From Catajapyx aquilonaris (Eukaryota), in NCBI GenBank assembly GCA_000934665.2, contig JYFJ02001156.1:1-64000 (forward strand): DNA of 64,000 bases, read 5' to 3'. The notes under the pieces are model-generated. The model was given only the letters and a program-made list of their open reading frames with translations, had not been told where the DNA came from and searched no databases. Shown here in pieces: positions 52,801-64,000 of the stretch. The position numbers were made by a program, and so were the translations under genes. Positions within the stretch are counted from its first letter, which is position 1; each line of letters opens with the position of its first letter.

Positions 52801-55800
52801 GAGGACTATGGCATTACATGAATGAAAACTCAACAATGCTATCTCTCCCCCTCTCTTGAATTCACTGCAAAGTAGTCGTTACATTCCAGCCCAGTGGAAC
52901 CTGCCAAAATTTCATAAGCGAAAATCAATGGCGAAATTCGACTCCTGCTGATGCTGAAATCGACACCATTGTCAGACAGAGGTTAACGAACATCACTGAA
53001 TGCCCTGTAAACTTATAGCTTCGAAAAGCAGGCAATTTTGGCCAATGGGAAAAGCGATAAGGACACTTTCTATCTACACCGGATAACCGCGAAGGGTACG
53101 GTGCTGTATACACACAGAGCCAAAAGACATTACTGTAATAACGACCATCTGGAATTATTCATTACTTCGATTTCCTCTTCCTAATGGCCCGTTTAATTCC
53201 GACTTAATTGACACACCAAGTCCGAGATAACATGTGGCCATCCGCGATTAATATTAAACGCGCAGGCAATTCCGCACTAAAACGTCCTAAATCGCCACTG
53301 ACGCAGTGTGCACTTACATAACCCAACGCCACGTATATTTCCTTTCGCAAAAAAAAATAATTCGGATCAATACGCTTCACTAATAACAACGTTTCTTAAT
53401 TCCTGTATGTATATAGTGAAACGCATGCACAGTTTCTACAAAATAATTAAGAATAATTCCCACATTTTTGGCACGGTGCATATTGAATCATTCTGTTAAA
53501 TGTAACCCACTTTTTAAGTGATTTATTTTCATGCTGAATAGGTCCGTAGAGTGCCCTACTTTGCAAGTAAAATTCAATATTTTCGTCCTATGGCACCCGC
53601 AACCACTTCGCTGCTTTTTGAAAAGTAATGAGCCATGTTGCGTATAGAATGCAAATAAATGGCACACACTAGAGTGACTTAGCTTTGAACAACTAACATA
53701 AGAATTTATGAAAACCATACAAATTCTTACGTTAGGACGAAACATGTTTTTGCCATCCCAAAAACACAGTATGGAAAAGTCCAGAAGTGTTTGCTAATGT
53801 TAATGCAGTTTGCACATGACTATGCAATATGCATCTAGCCAATATCTCTGATCAATGCTAAAATATGCAAATGTGCTTCCTCATGTGGGGATAATTGATA
53901 TTATTCAGGGTCTGTTGCATGAACGCAAATTAAGATGGATATCTCCAATATAATCTGATATATTAAATATAATTTGTTTTCATACAACTAGCGCTCATGT
54001 ACGCACATTTTGATGGTATGGAACGTATTTCCGTGCAAGTATTGAGCAATGGTTACACCATTCTAGTTGTGCAACATTTCACATTTTTGGCATACCGGTA
54101 CCCTAAATAAACCCGACTCGATACATTTTTCAAAACCTGTACACTGCATAATTCACCCACCACGTAATTCAACCAACCGCAGTTACGCAACCCCCGCATA
54201 TTCCTCTCCTTACGTCACTTTTTTTAAGCACTTTACCAATAATTTCGACGCCACGTCACCCCCCCCCCCAAAAAAAAAACCCATACGGACCACATTTAAA
54301 AAAAAAATCTAAGTACAGCAAACCCCACCCACGCAATACCTTCAATTTGGGCGCCGATCCTCCGCAATTAAAAATTTTGGAAAATAAAAGGGCGGGTTTT
54401 TTTTAAACTGCCGGTTAATTGGTGAATATAAACCACGCACTGTGCACCAAAACCCACCGGCTTCACATCACTATCCGTGCTAGGCTGTCGGCCTTTGGAG
54501 TTTGCGTCGCCAAGCCAGGCTCTCCCACGGCTCAGTCCATTCTCGGTCCGTATAGGGGTGGAAGGTAGTGTTTGAAGTAGGGGGTGAACAGAGGGGGCGA
54601 AGTTGAACGGGGGGGGAGACTTGCAGAGAGGGGGGGGATAAAAACCAGCGCCCTCTTTTTATACCAAGCTGCCACTTTGTGACTTGTTGCTTCGAGTTGT
54701 GGGCACAATTTTTTTAGGGTGGGGTCCACTATACCCCCTCAAAAAATAAAAAATTTTGGCGACCTGAGTGGGTGGGACCCACCAGATGTTTCGACTGACA
54801 TCTGGTAAGGACGGAATGAAATTTTGGGGAATTTTTGTATTTCCAAGCGATATGATCGAGGGGAGGGGCTTATTGCGAGGATGATTCATGGATTGGGGGA
54901 AGTACTTGGAGGGCTTAATTGAAGAGGGAAGTGAGGTAAATTGCGCGCAAAAAGTGGACGTGAGGGTACGTTGCGTTTGTATTTGACGCAATGATAAAAT
55001 TGATTGGTCCGGATGACTCGCAGGATTCCGCAGCTTCGAAATAATTAATTAATTAAATTTTTGCTTTGGATGAACTACAGTTCCCATTGTAACCAATTAC
55101 TGCGAACTGTAACGAGTTTGCAAAAAATAATAGCAGGAATGACATAGGAATTAAAACTGTGCCACTCACATTGTCAAATAGATTAGCATGTGGGACACAT
55201 GAATTGCTAGAAGAAATTACTGAATTTGAATATCGTTTGAATATTGCCCTATAAGAATGTCAAATGTAAAAACTGTAAGCAATTTGCATAAAAATAATTC
55301 GCTATTTTATATTCTTAATAACACTGTAACTTAGGCATGCATATGTCACTTATTTTAAAATTAAGCAAAAATCATATAAAAATTTATGTCGTTACAAAAT
55401 GCAAATTGATTCAATAAATCATTGCAAACTGATTCAACAAATCGTGGCAAATTAATTCAGCAAGAAGTATTTTCGTGGGCATGTAAAAATACTATAGTAC
55501 CAGCCTGTATATCTACTTTGTAAAAAAAATGATGGCTTGTTAAAACTAAGGTCGTTGCAAAAAAATACGTGCCACATATTTGTAACAAATAATTACGAAT
55601 AAGGTCGCCCAAAATTGCGTCACTGATTATACTATTGCAAATTACAGGTTCATGCTGTGATTCATATTCCGAGTGACTAGCAGGTGTGTTTATCATGGAC
55701 AGCACTGATTTAAAAATATATATATCAGGGCAATTGTGAGGTGAGTCATCTGATGTAATCAAAAATGATGTCTCCCAACACCCAGTATTTTTTGAACTAA

Positions 55801-58800
55801 TTTTTTTTTACTGTTTCCAACCGGTTACAACGGGCAATAATTTGCACATACCGTACAACCATGTGCTACGTATACCTAATTAAGCTAATTGCACGGACAG
55901 GCCTCTTCCTTCTGATTACCTCCGGGGCCGACTTTTTTTTTGCTTTTTTCTCTCGAAAGGAGATCAAAGATCAAGCTTATCCGAGCCCAGGTGCTAAACA
56001 ACACGGTTCAAAGAGCGCGAAAGTGAGCTCTCAGGCTTTTTGTCAAAACCACACTCGAGCGAGTGCACTTTAAAAGCTTATCACAGGGTGAGTCAGAAGT
56101 CCGGCCAGTTTGGGTAGCTAAAATTTGCACAACAAAAACCGAACTGGAACACACTGTGCATCCGGCCTTAAAATTTGTTCAAAATCATTCCGCATATTAA
56201 AACAGAGGTTCAGTCAACTACTATTCCGCATGGCCAACCTGACCGTCATCGTGGGGCCAAACCTCTTGTTATTTTTGGTCGCAAAACCTGCGGGTAATTT
56301 CACCCCCAGTTGGCCAAGCCCAGATACTGTAAGCGCCCGATTCGCCAAAAAACCGCCATGGAAATTTCAGCCAGTTTTTTCGCGATTTTTATCATTCACT
56401 CCAGTAACCTTCCTGAATTCCCCTCCATTCTCTTCAGGGGACTGCAACCTTTTTTGGAGGCAATGTATGCTGTTGCCGTGATTCTGTGAACTTCACGCTT
56501 CAAGTAACACACCGTCATAGTTGCACACTGCGCCAAAAACATTGTGTGCGAAAATGTACAGGGTGGTTCATACTTCAATTATTTATTTTTGCTTCTCTGA
56601 ACTGGTTGCTGGAGTGAACAGTCTGATATACTAACCCAGGATGACGAGGTCCGTTGGACAGTCGTCCGTTGGTGTATCCAAGTCCTCCGTTCCTCAGGTT
56701 CTGCGAGTGTGGTAACAGAGGCGGAACAGGGGACATGAACACATGGCAGTCCTCGCTGTCCTCTTCAGGGACGGGGCTCTCGTAGATCAGGGTCTCCACC
56801 ATGGAACCCTTCGAGCTTCCAAACGACACCCTGAGGAAAGACAAGATTAGTCAGTAAAGCAATATTTAGTCCGGGTTAACTATTTACTCCGAGGTTAACA
56901 GTTTGCTCCGGAGCAACTACCTGATGAATCGACCAGTTCTGGCGGAAATGCGCCTCAGATACACACAGCACAAGACACCGAACCCTCTCCTTGATTTTGC
57001 AGAGACGGACGGAAGCCCCGTTTTCCCCCCATCCAGATCTAATTACCCACCGAATCTAGTTAGGTCTGACACACGGGGAGGAAGACGGAATGACTTTGCA
57101 AATCGGATACATCCGCAGCACGACTCGGAGGGGTAAACACTTGTCTTTGAAGTGTATGCTTACCTTACATCTCTCAGAAACTGCATGTCGTATATATGAG
57201 TCCTATTGAGCCGCACGTTTTTATACGAGTGTGACGGGTGATGTCCCTGGATTTGAATATACCGCTGGGGTCTAGGGTTAGCTCAGAGTGTCTAAATAGA
57301 GAGGCTCACGTAAGAGTCGGGGTCGAAATGCGTATCTTCCTCATTAGCCTTGGCCTTGCACTCTGTCAGGGTTAGACATATGTGTGTGTGTGGGATGAGG
57401 GTGTGGAGGGGGAAGAGGACGTAACCCAACCAGTGATTATTAACCTCTATCCGTCTATCGTGTCCAACTACTGCGCCAATGCCTGGAAAAACGTGTGTAA
57501 TGCGACAAGTGATAATTATTGTAGTGGGTGGTGGAGGGGGTGGAGTTGGAACAAGTGGTCGTGCGCATATTAATGGAGTTAAATGTGAGGACACCTTGAG
57601 GTTAGGTCGAGCGAGGATATGCGCGATATGGAACCACATACAGGGTGGTGCACTGACTCTGGTAGAAGATTACACTCAACAGAGATACCATCACATCGCC
57701 TAATCACTCAGTTGTAGATCATTCTGCATTTAGGTATTCAAAAATGTAAATCGGCAATTAATAAACCTGTATTTCAGTCATATTCATACTTGCGTCATCG
57801 TTCTTTATTTACACACTGAAAACGCTGAATTTTATTGATGCTATAACAGGACATTAATTGCGTTTCAGCACGCGCTTGAGTCACCCATTTGTAAGCTCAA
57901 ATTGGGTTACCTTACCATGAGATGCTATGCCTCCCCCATCCCTCCACCTGCGCAAGGTCTCCCCCTCCTTTGAAAATGAAGGTCTCTCTCCCCTTCTGGC
58001 TCTCCCAATGGAGCAATACGACACCCGAAAGTCTAGACTGCGCCAACATTAACGGTCAAGGTTGGAAACCTGACATTTCCTGACATTTTCCTTCGGGGGG
58101 GCCTCGAAATCGAGATATCAGGATCACACGTTATACACCTGATGCTCTATTCTAAGTCATGGGCGGTCCCTGAAATCAATTCCCTGACTTAAACCCTTAT
58201 AGAGATTTCTCGTGGGATTGTAATCAATCATGTCTGCTACTGCACCGACCTTGACATTATTTATTTAACGTGTGTGCTACCCCCTAAATCCACCCAGTCC
58301 GAAATGGACATATTGGGAGTATTTTCCTCCCTCCCATTCTTCTTCCCATTCCTGTAATAAATCGCCAGCCCAAAGTGGCAAAACATGCCACAGAGACAGC
58401 GACACCCTCAAATGTCTCAGAATAGCTTGAGGTCAATATTTCTTTCTGAATTATACGTTGTACAGTTCAGAGATTGGAAGTGTTGCCAATGTTGTAAGAA
58501 AAAAGGCAGCCCTTTAATGAGAAAATATTCCCCATGTCATACTGTGTGCTTAGTAAAGTTCATTCAAAAGGGAGCAATGGCAACAATGGAACCTAGGCCT
58601 AGTCCAATTTGTTTCGGTGTTGTGTAAATGTATGTGTTTATGGCTCCTGCGTTCCTAGGCTAGTTAGCCATGCTGCACTTTGACAGAAGAGCTAGACGGG
58701 GGTTTGGATTCTGGAGCCAGATGTCTGTCAACCCTTGACGGCACGTTTCAGCAGTTCCTAGCTTTCTGAATGGCTCGTTAGGTGGCAGTGGCGTGCAGTT

Positions 58801-61800
58801 AGCTCCGCCATGTTTCGGACCAAAATCAGACAATGGCCACCCTTAATATCGAGCGTGGTTTCCTTCCTTTGGATGATCATAATAATGGCGAATAATTGCG
58901 ATCCGGAGGGGGCAAACTTGCTAATAAATCAGGGCGTGAGACTTTGAGCCCATGATTGCATACATGAGGCGCTCGTTACAAATGGACCACCCCGGATGCT
59001 GCTTCTGGATATGTGTGTGGGATGGAAAAGACTATTGGCACAAGCAGCACAGTCTCATTCCACAAAAGACAAGGGCCTTTTTAGAGGTCGCCTCCCCCTG
59101 ATAAGAACCCTGAGACTTATGTCTTCCTGAACTCGTTTTCGCGTCACCTGACGCAAACGGGGCCTCTCTTGAGACAATCCGAGTCAAACCCACGCGGCTG
59201 CTACCGTTATACCAATCTGTTGACTTGTTTCTTTGGGGAAATGGGGATTGGTCAGGGGCCTAGGTCACTGGGCTGCAGGTTCTTGGAGGCCTTTCTTTTA
59301 CGACCATTTGCTCGGAAATGGGAAGGTTTGCAAGGAGAAAGCTAATTTGAGTTCATAGGTTTCGCAAGGCTTTTGCTGCAAAGTAATTGCGTTCAGCTTG
59401 ACGGGTTGGTTAGGAAATTTTCTTCAATGTCAAATTTTTCCGCAGTTGTCATTTAAATTTTTTATAAGTAAAGGAAGGCAGCGAGACTATATAGCGGGTT
59501 CGTTGCCCCCGTTCAATGAATTAAAAACTATTCACCTCCAATCGCTCCAACCCGCAAAGAATGAGCTTTTATATAGTTAAAATCAATCGCTCAGAAACTT
59601 TTAAACCCCTCTGCAAAATCTATACACTTTCTATGGCACTGCTTACTTACAGTAGGCCTACACGAGTTCTCCTAATTGTTATTAACAGAAGCAATCTGGC
59701 ATACAGTAATAGGCCTATTGTATGCCAGATTGCTTCTGTTAATAACAATTAGGAGAACTCGTGTACTGTACAGACTTTGCAACTTAAATAGGTTTTACTA
59801 ATATTATTAGTAAAACCTATTTAAGTTGCAAAGTCTGAAGGAATTCATTGAGGAACTTTGTGTATAGCTCAGAATATTGCAGGCTAAAAATTTAATGCTT
59901 TAAGGAGTTTAAGCTATCCCGATAACCAAGGCCGCCGTTCATATTGGATGCAATTTTGCACGAACCACATAACTCTGAAGTTCAAAGTCACGCAATGGGT
60001 ATTAAGCATTGCGTAACTTCCAAACTATACACATATAGGTAGGTCAGTAGGCCTCGGAAAGGGAATAATCCATACACCAGAAATGAAACAGCCCTTATTA
60101 TATCCGAAAATATACTTCCTGATAGTAAACTGCGTGGACATTGCAGTGTACTTGAATAATGGTTGTGCAATGTAAAGAGGGCCAAAACCATTTTTAACTT
60201 CCGGTTACTGCAGACTCACAGTCGAATGGGTAATAATATTAATTTTCGATAATATTATTCCAGTCATACTGTTGCTGGTTAATAATAATTCATAAGGCTA
60301 TCCTGGTGTAATGAAACTCGTTAATCACAAACAACAGTTCAGGGTAGTTGCACGAAATATTCACATTATTTTATCAAACTTTGCTGTGTAGAGTGCATTA
60401 CAAGTAACAGCTGAGTGGTGGCTTTGCAAGAAAATCGATATCAATTAATTTCTTTCCTCTTGGAGGTTTATCAGTTGTGCAAACTTTAGTCCCCGTGGCT
60501 AAGAATCGTATAGACCGTAATTGCTTTCGAAGATTATGAAGCCACTCAACTAGGTTTACCATTAATTTAAATCAGCAATCCATAATAACCGATGAAGGAT
60601 GATGGCATCAACCTGTGTGCTACATAGACACACGACGCTTCCGCAATGATTTCTGCAGAACAGGTCACAATCTGACAGGTTTTACGACCAGGAGTGCAAC
60701 TGGACGGAAAACCCAGTTTTTTGCTGAGGAAACACATAAAAAGGCGTGAAATACCCAGTGCTGAGCAATCGAAACTTCAATTTGTTTCATAAAAAATTAT
60801 AAAAAATAAGAGCGTGATTTTATCATGTACATTTATTAATAAGACAAACGTTTATCATCTGCAGTCAAAAAAAGTCGTGTTTCGCAATATAAGGGAAGGA
60901 CAATAAATTGCATGTACGCAGCAACGAGGTGTCAATATGCAAAGTGTATAACCTTACATGGCACATCCAACATGGGTGCAAATTGCGGATTAATCAAGCA
61001 TGTTTTTACACAGTGTACGACCTGTTTTTTTAAAAAAAACCTGCTTTACATAAATTGTTTCGTGCTACCAAGTTACATTCTTGAAATCTGTTCATGCGTT
61101 ACGAGTAAGGGCATTTCGAATTTTGTTTACTTCCTCATCACATAAGCACTGCAGGCGCTCTTTACCGCTAATATTAGCCACTGGTTTGCGAAAGCTGAGG
61201 ATTTTTATCAGTTGAAGCGACAACCCAGCACGTAAATGTACATAACCTAAGTCTTACCTCACGCGGGTTATGTAATTAACCTCTTTGTTTCTTACGTCAC
61301 TTTGACTGACACCTGACAATATCAGGTCAAGGTTGAATTTTTTTTTCGCGTGGTTCACTTCCCACGGGATCGTCACAGATTATTTCATTACAATATTACG
61401 CGTATACGTAAAAAAATGCTCTCAAGAGGAATTCCGCGGCTCTGGAACAATCTGACGTGAATCATGTCATTATTATACGCGGCTCATACATACGCCACGA
61501 CTCAATCGCAAAATAATGCAAACATGAGTCTGCCACTCTTTGCAAAATAAAAAATTAGGTGCGTTTCGCCTCTGAGGTTATATCTCAGGTCAAGGAACTC
61601 GCAAAATTCAAATTATTTTGTATGATCCCAAATAATTGGACTTTTCACCTTTTGAGGCCCGTGTGCTTCCCGATGTGTCCATTGGGTTTGGTCTTGATCA
61701 GTTTGGTGGTGGGCGGTGGCAGTTCATCCTCCAGACTGGGGGTCATTATGGTGACATCACTGTCGGTGGCTCTCGAGTCCGTGGCACTGAGGAAGGACGA

Positions 61801-61926
61801 CTTGTCCTCACTGGCTGGTGACCTGTCCCCATCGCCGTTGACCCCACCTCCAGCCTCCAGGTCAAGATGCAATGACGACGGAGGAGGCTTCCCGTTCTCC
61901 TCCACCGGTAACATGTACGACAACAT
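37871..61926 (-). CDS. Uncharacterised low-complexity protein, ~353 aa, with two RVxF motifs, a WDNPFRP motif and a paralemmin-like C-terminal palmitoylation/CaaX signal
   Basis: Exons 61926-61649, 56830-56636, 45470-45267, 38788-38575, 38041-37871; GT-AG junctions give one open frame (1062 nt). Junction peptides read GLKR|VSFGSSKGSMVETLIYESP, RQVS|VESGWDNPFRPDGDLSKEADEIVE, and the end is VEHVVLKKKPKCKCCVIQ*. Small extra exons could have been missed. Confidence 0.78.
40845..41135. repeat. 28-bp minisatellite (consensus ~GCTACTAACTTTAGTGGCACACTTAGCC) with degenerate flanks at ~40690-41200
   Basis: Head-to-tail units with no spacers; a truncated 11-nt unit (GCTACTAACTT) recurs after groups of three full units. 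Confidence 0.9.
42716..42790. repeat. Inverted repeat (hairpin)
   Basis: CCCTCCACACATTGAATGTGTCTGA…T-run/A-run…TCAGACACATTCAAAGTGTGGAGGG. Confidence 0.8.
43583..43706. repeat. Imperfect ~124-bp palindrome
   Basis: …AATCTGCTAGGCGATTTT…AGCAATCACTGCTACT-tgt-AGTAGCAGTGATTGCT…AAAATCGCCTAGCAGATT…. Confidence 0.85.
49051..49101. repeat. Near-perfect 51-bp palindrome
   Basis: AGACGATTCGTCGCAGGAAAATTAT-a-ATAATTTTTCTGCGACGAATCGTCT; 25-bp arms with one mismatch. Confidence 0.9.
59659..59837. repeat. Two adjacent perfect inverted repeats
   Basis: Hairpin 1 has 47-bp arms (59659-59705 and 59719-59765) with a 13-nt loop. Hairpin 2 has 33-bp arms (59771-59803 and 59805-59837) with a 1-nt spacer. Confidence 0.92.
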
Positions 61927-64000
61927 GTCCGCCACTTTGAACTTTAACCTTGTTTTTTTTAAGCGGAAAAAAGTTGAAGACTGTCTGTGGTTTTCACCCG
62001 CGCACCAACAACACCTGATCAAGACTCGTTAACACATCACCGCCTGATGATGGTGACGTCGTGCGTCGATCGCTGCCTCTCGTCACCCGCATCCCTTGCG
62101 TCCATCAAGCCCTGCAAACGGAAACAGGAACCAGTCACAACCATTGTTACCAACTTCACGCTTCATTACAAAACACTCTGGGAGCGAGCGAGACTGGGAG
62201 AGGTTTTTGGGGGTAAAAAATGCGCAGAACGTGGAGGAATCGTGTGACACTTTGGTGTCGTCGACCGTGGTTTTCTTATATATGGCTGCTATCGTCAGCA
62301 AGATGGCCTACAAATGAGACACAAACCGATGTATACAGGGTGCGAATTTTTTAAGACAAAATTATAATCATGCAGGTACCAATTTGCTGCCTGTGCGGAC
62401 CATTTTTCGTTTGAGGTTATACCTCTCTGCAGGGTATAGATGTAATTGAAAATAAAATTAGCAACCCCTCCGGAGACATTGGGGTCCTCACCCCGCGGGA
62501 ATTTTAATGAGAAGCAAAAGGATCCATTTGCACTCCATTTTCAACCAGCTCTCCGAGAGCTGACTTATTTTAATTGGCCAACAAATTAGCAGCGAATCAA
62601 CAATGGCTCTGTGTGTATGCTCATCATCAAGAGCAATATATTGCACTCTAATTCATTTTGTTGCTGCGTACAATGCTCGAGTCCACAACTATTTATTCAA
62701 TACGGAAAAAGAAGCAATGTGAGTAAAATATGAAAATTCAAGCAGAAATTTAAACTCAGCTAATATTGTTAGAAAATGCGCGGAATTCTTCACATTCACA
62801 TAATTTTCAGCTAATTTGACTCTGTATCTAGCGAAAATAACTCCGCATAAAATGAAAAATCTGATTTCAACAGTGAAGTGAAATATTACTCTGAACAGGC
62901 AACTAATAATGGTTACTTCTAAGCTGTTGCTGTGCTTTCAACTGGTTTCTGGAGTAAACAAACTTGGACTGACTACCTGGGGGAATGCATCACTTTGCGA
63001 AGAGTCAGCAATGTGGAACTTTCATAACATTTTCTGACATAATAAGTATCCGGCAGTAATAACAATTGCATGTTCCAGAATAAATTGGCCTACTGCACGT
63101 AAATCCTTTCCCCGGGGTGACCTGCTTGCCGAAATTGCAAAGAGGGCCGGCAACAATCATGATTCATGGCCTGTTGGTGCTTCCTGGACAAATATTGGCG
63201 GAAGCGGCTTATTTTAGACCAGCTCTACCAAAAAAAAAACCAACCTTGTACTTTTTTTTTGCTGCAAATGGGTCATGAACTCATTGCTTGTTTCGGCTTC
63301 AAGAATAAGGAATTGAGGGTCAGCTTTAGGAAAGGGCGTTCATTTTCTCCTCGCTGAAAAGATCCTTTCTTAACGGCGTGCTAGCATTTTATTGATTATC
63401 GATTTTAAACGCTTGCACTACCGGCCTTAAAAATCGGGCTTTTACGCGCACTATTGTTGCCAAGGCTTCAGGCTAGTGAAAGTGTATAACGGCCATCCTT
63501 AACTGTCACAATGTCCGATAAAAATGGCTGGCCATGCTGCAATTTCTCACTCTAATACCTTCCCAAAATATTAATCAGTGTCTGCAACAATATATTGACA
63601 GCTCTATTAGGATCGTCCTTTCCGTACTTGATCGGTCCGATCCCACTCTTCTGAAGTCTCAAGTGGCAATCAGGAAGCGAAAGAAAGGTCGAGACAAACC
63701 TAACCTGGGTCCACACAAAAGGGGTTAGCTGGCAGCACACAGCCGCGCACCAAAACGCACTGCAGTTGCGTCAAAACTACAGGAAAGATCGATCCAAAAG
63801 GTCTCTAGCAAGGGTAGGCAATACACCAACGATGCAATGGTGGTCAGTGTATAAGTTGGACAGGAAAGATAAGAGTCTTTCAAGGGCAGGTGCCAACGCC
63901 CCTTTTGACTGCAGATGTGTCGCTGCAGATAAGAGGAGAGGGTACTGCCCTGTCGAGCCAGTGGTGCCAACACGTCCGGACTATAATTCCGGAGGTCGCT

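Overview
Eukaryotic (metazoan, probably arthropod) genomic DNA with spliced genes. All gene models were built by hand from GT-AG junctions with consistent reading phase. Left to right: (1) the last three coding exons of an ABCA-subfamily transporter (+); (2) a tRNA-derived SINE and an 8-bp-TSD MITE just downstream of it; (3) an intact two-exon MpaB/Lcp-like (DUF2236, ER-bound/rubber-oxygenase fold) gene (-), flanked by two decayed paralog fragments, one joined head-to-head to an orphan LRR-like 3' fragment; (4) a complete 10-exon Ajuba/LIMD1/WTIP LIM gene (-, ~694 aa); (5) a complete, very compact 31-exon Piezo gene (-, ~2,500 aa) with substitutions at normally conserved pore residues; (6) a 5-exon uncharacterised gene (-, ~353 aa) spread over 24 kb, with two RVxF motifs, an NPF motif and a paralemmin-like polybasic CKCCVIQ CaaX tail. 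Its large introns carry a 28-bp minisatellite and several long, near-perfect palindromes. No CRISPR array, rRNA or genuine tRNA gene was found. No database searches were possible, so family calls rest on recognised motifs and novelty is unverified.
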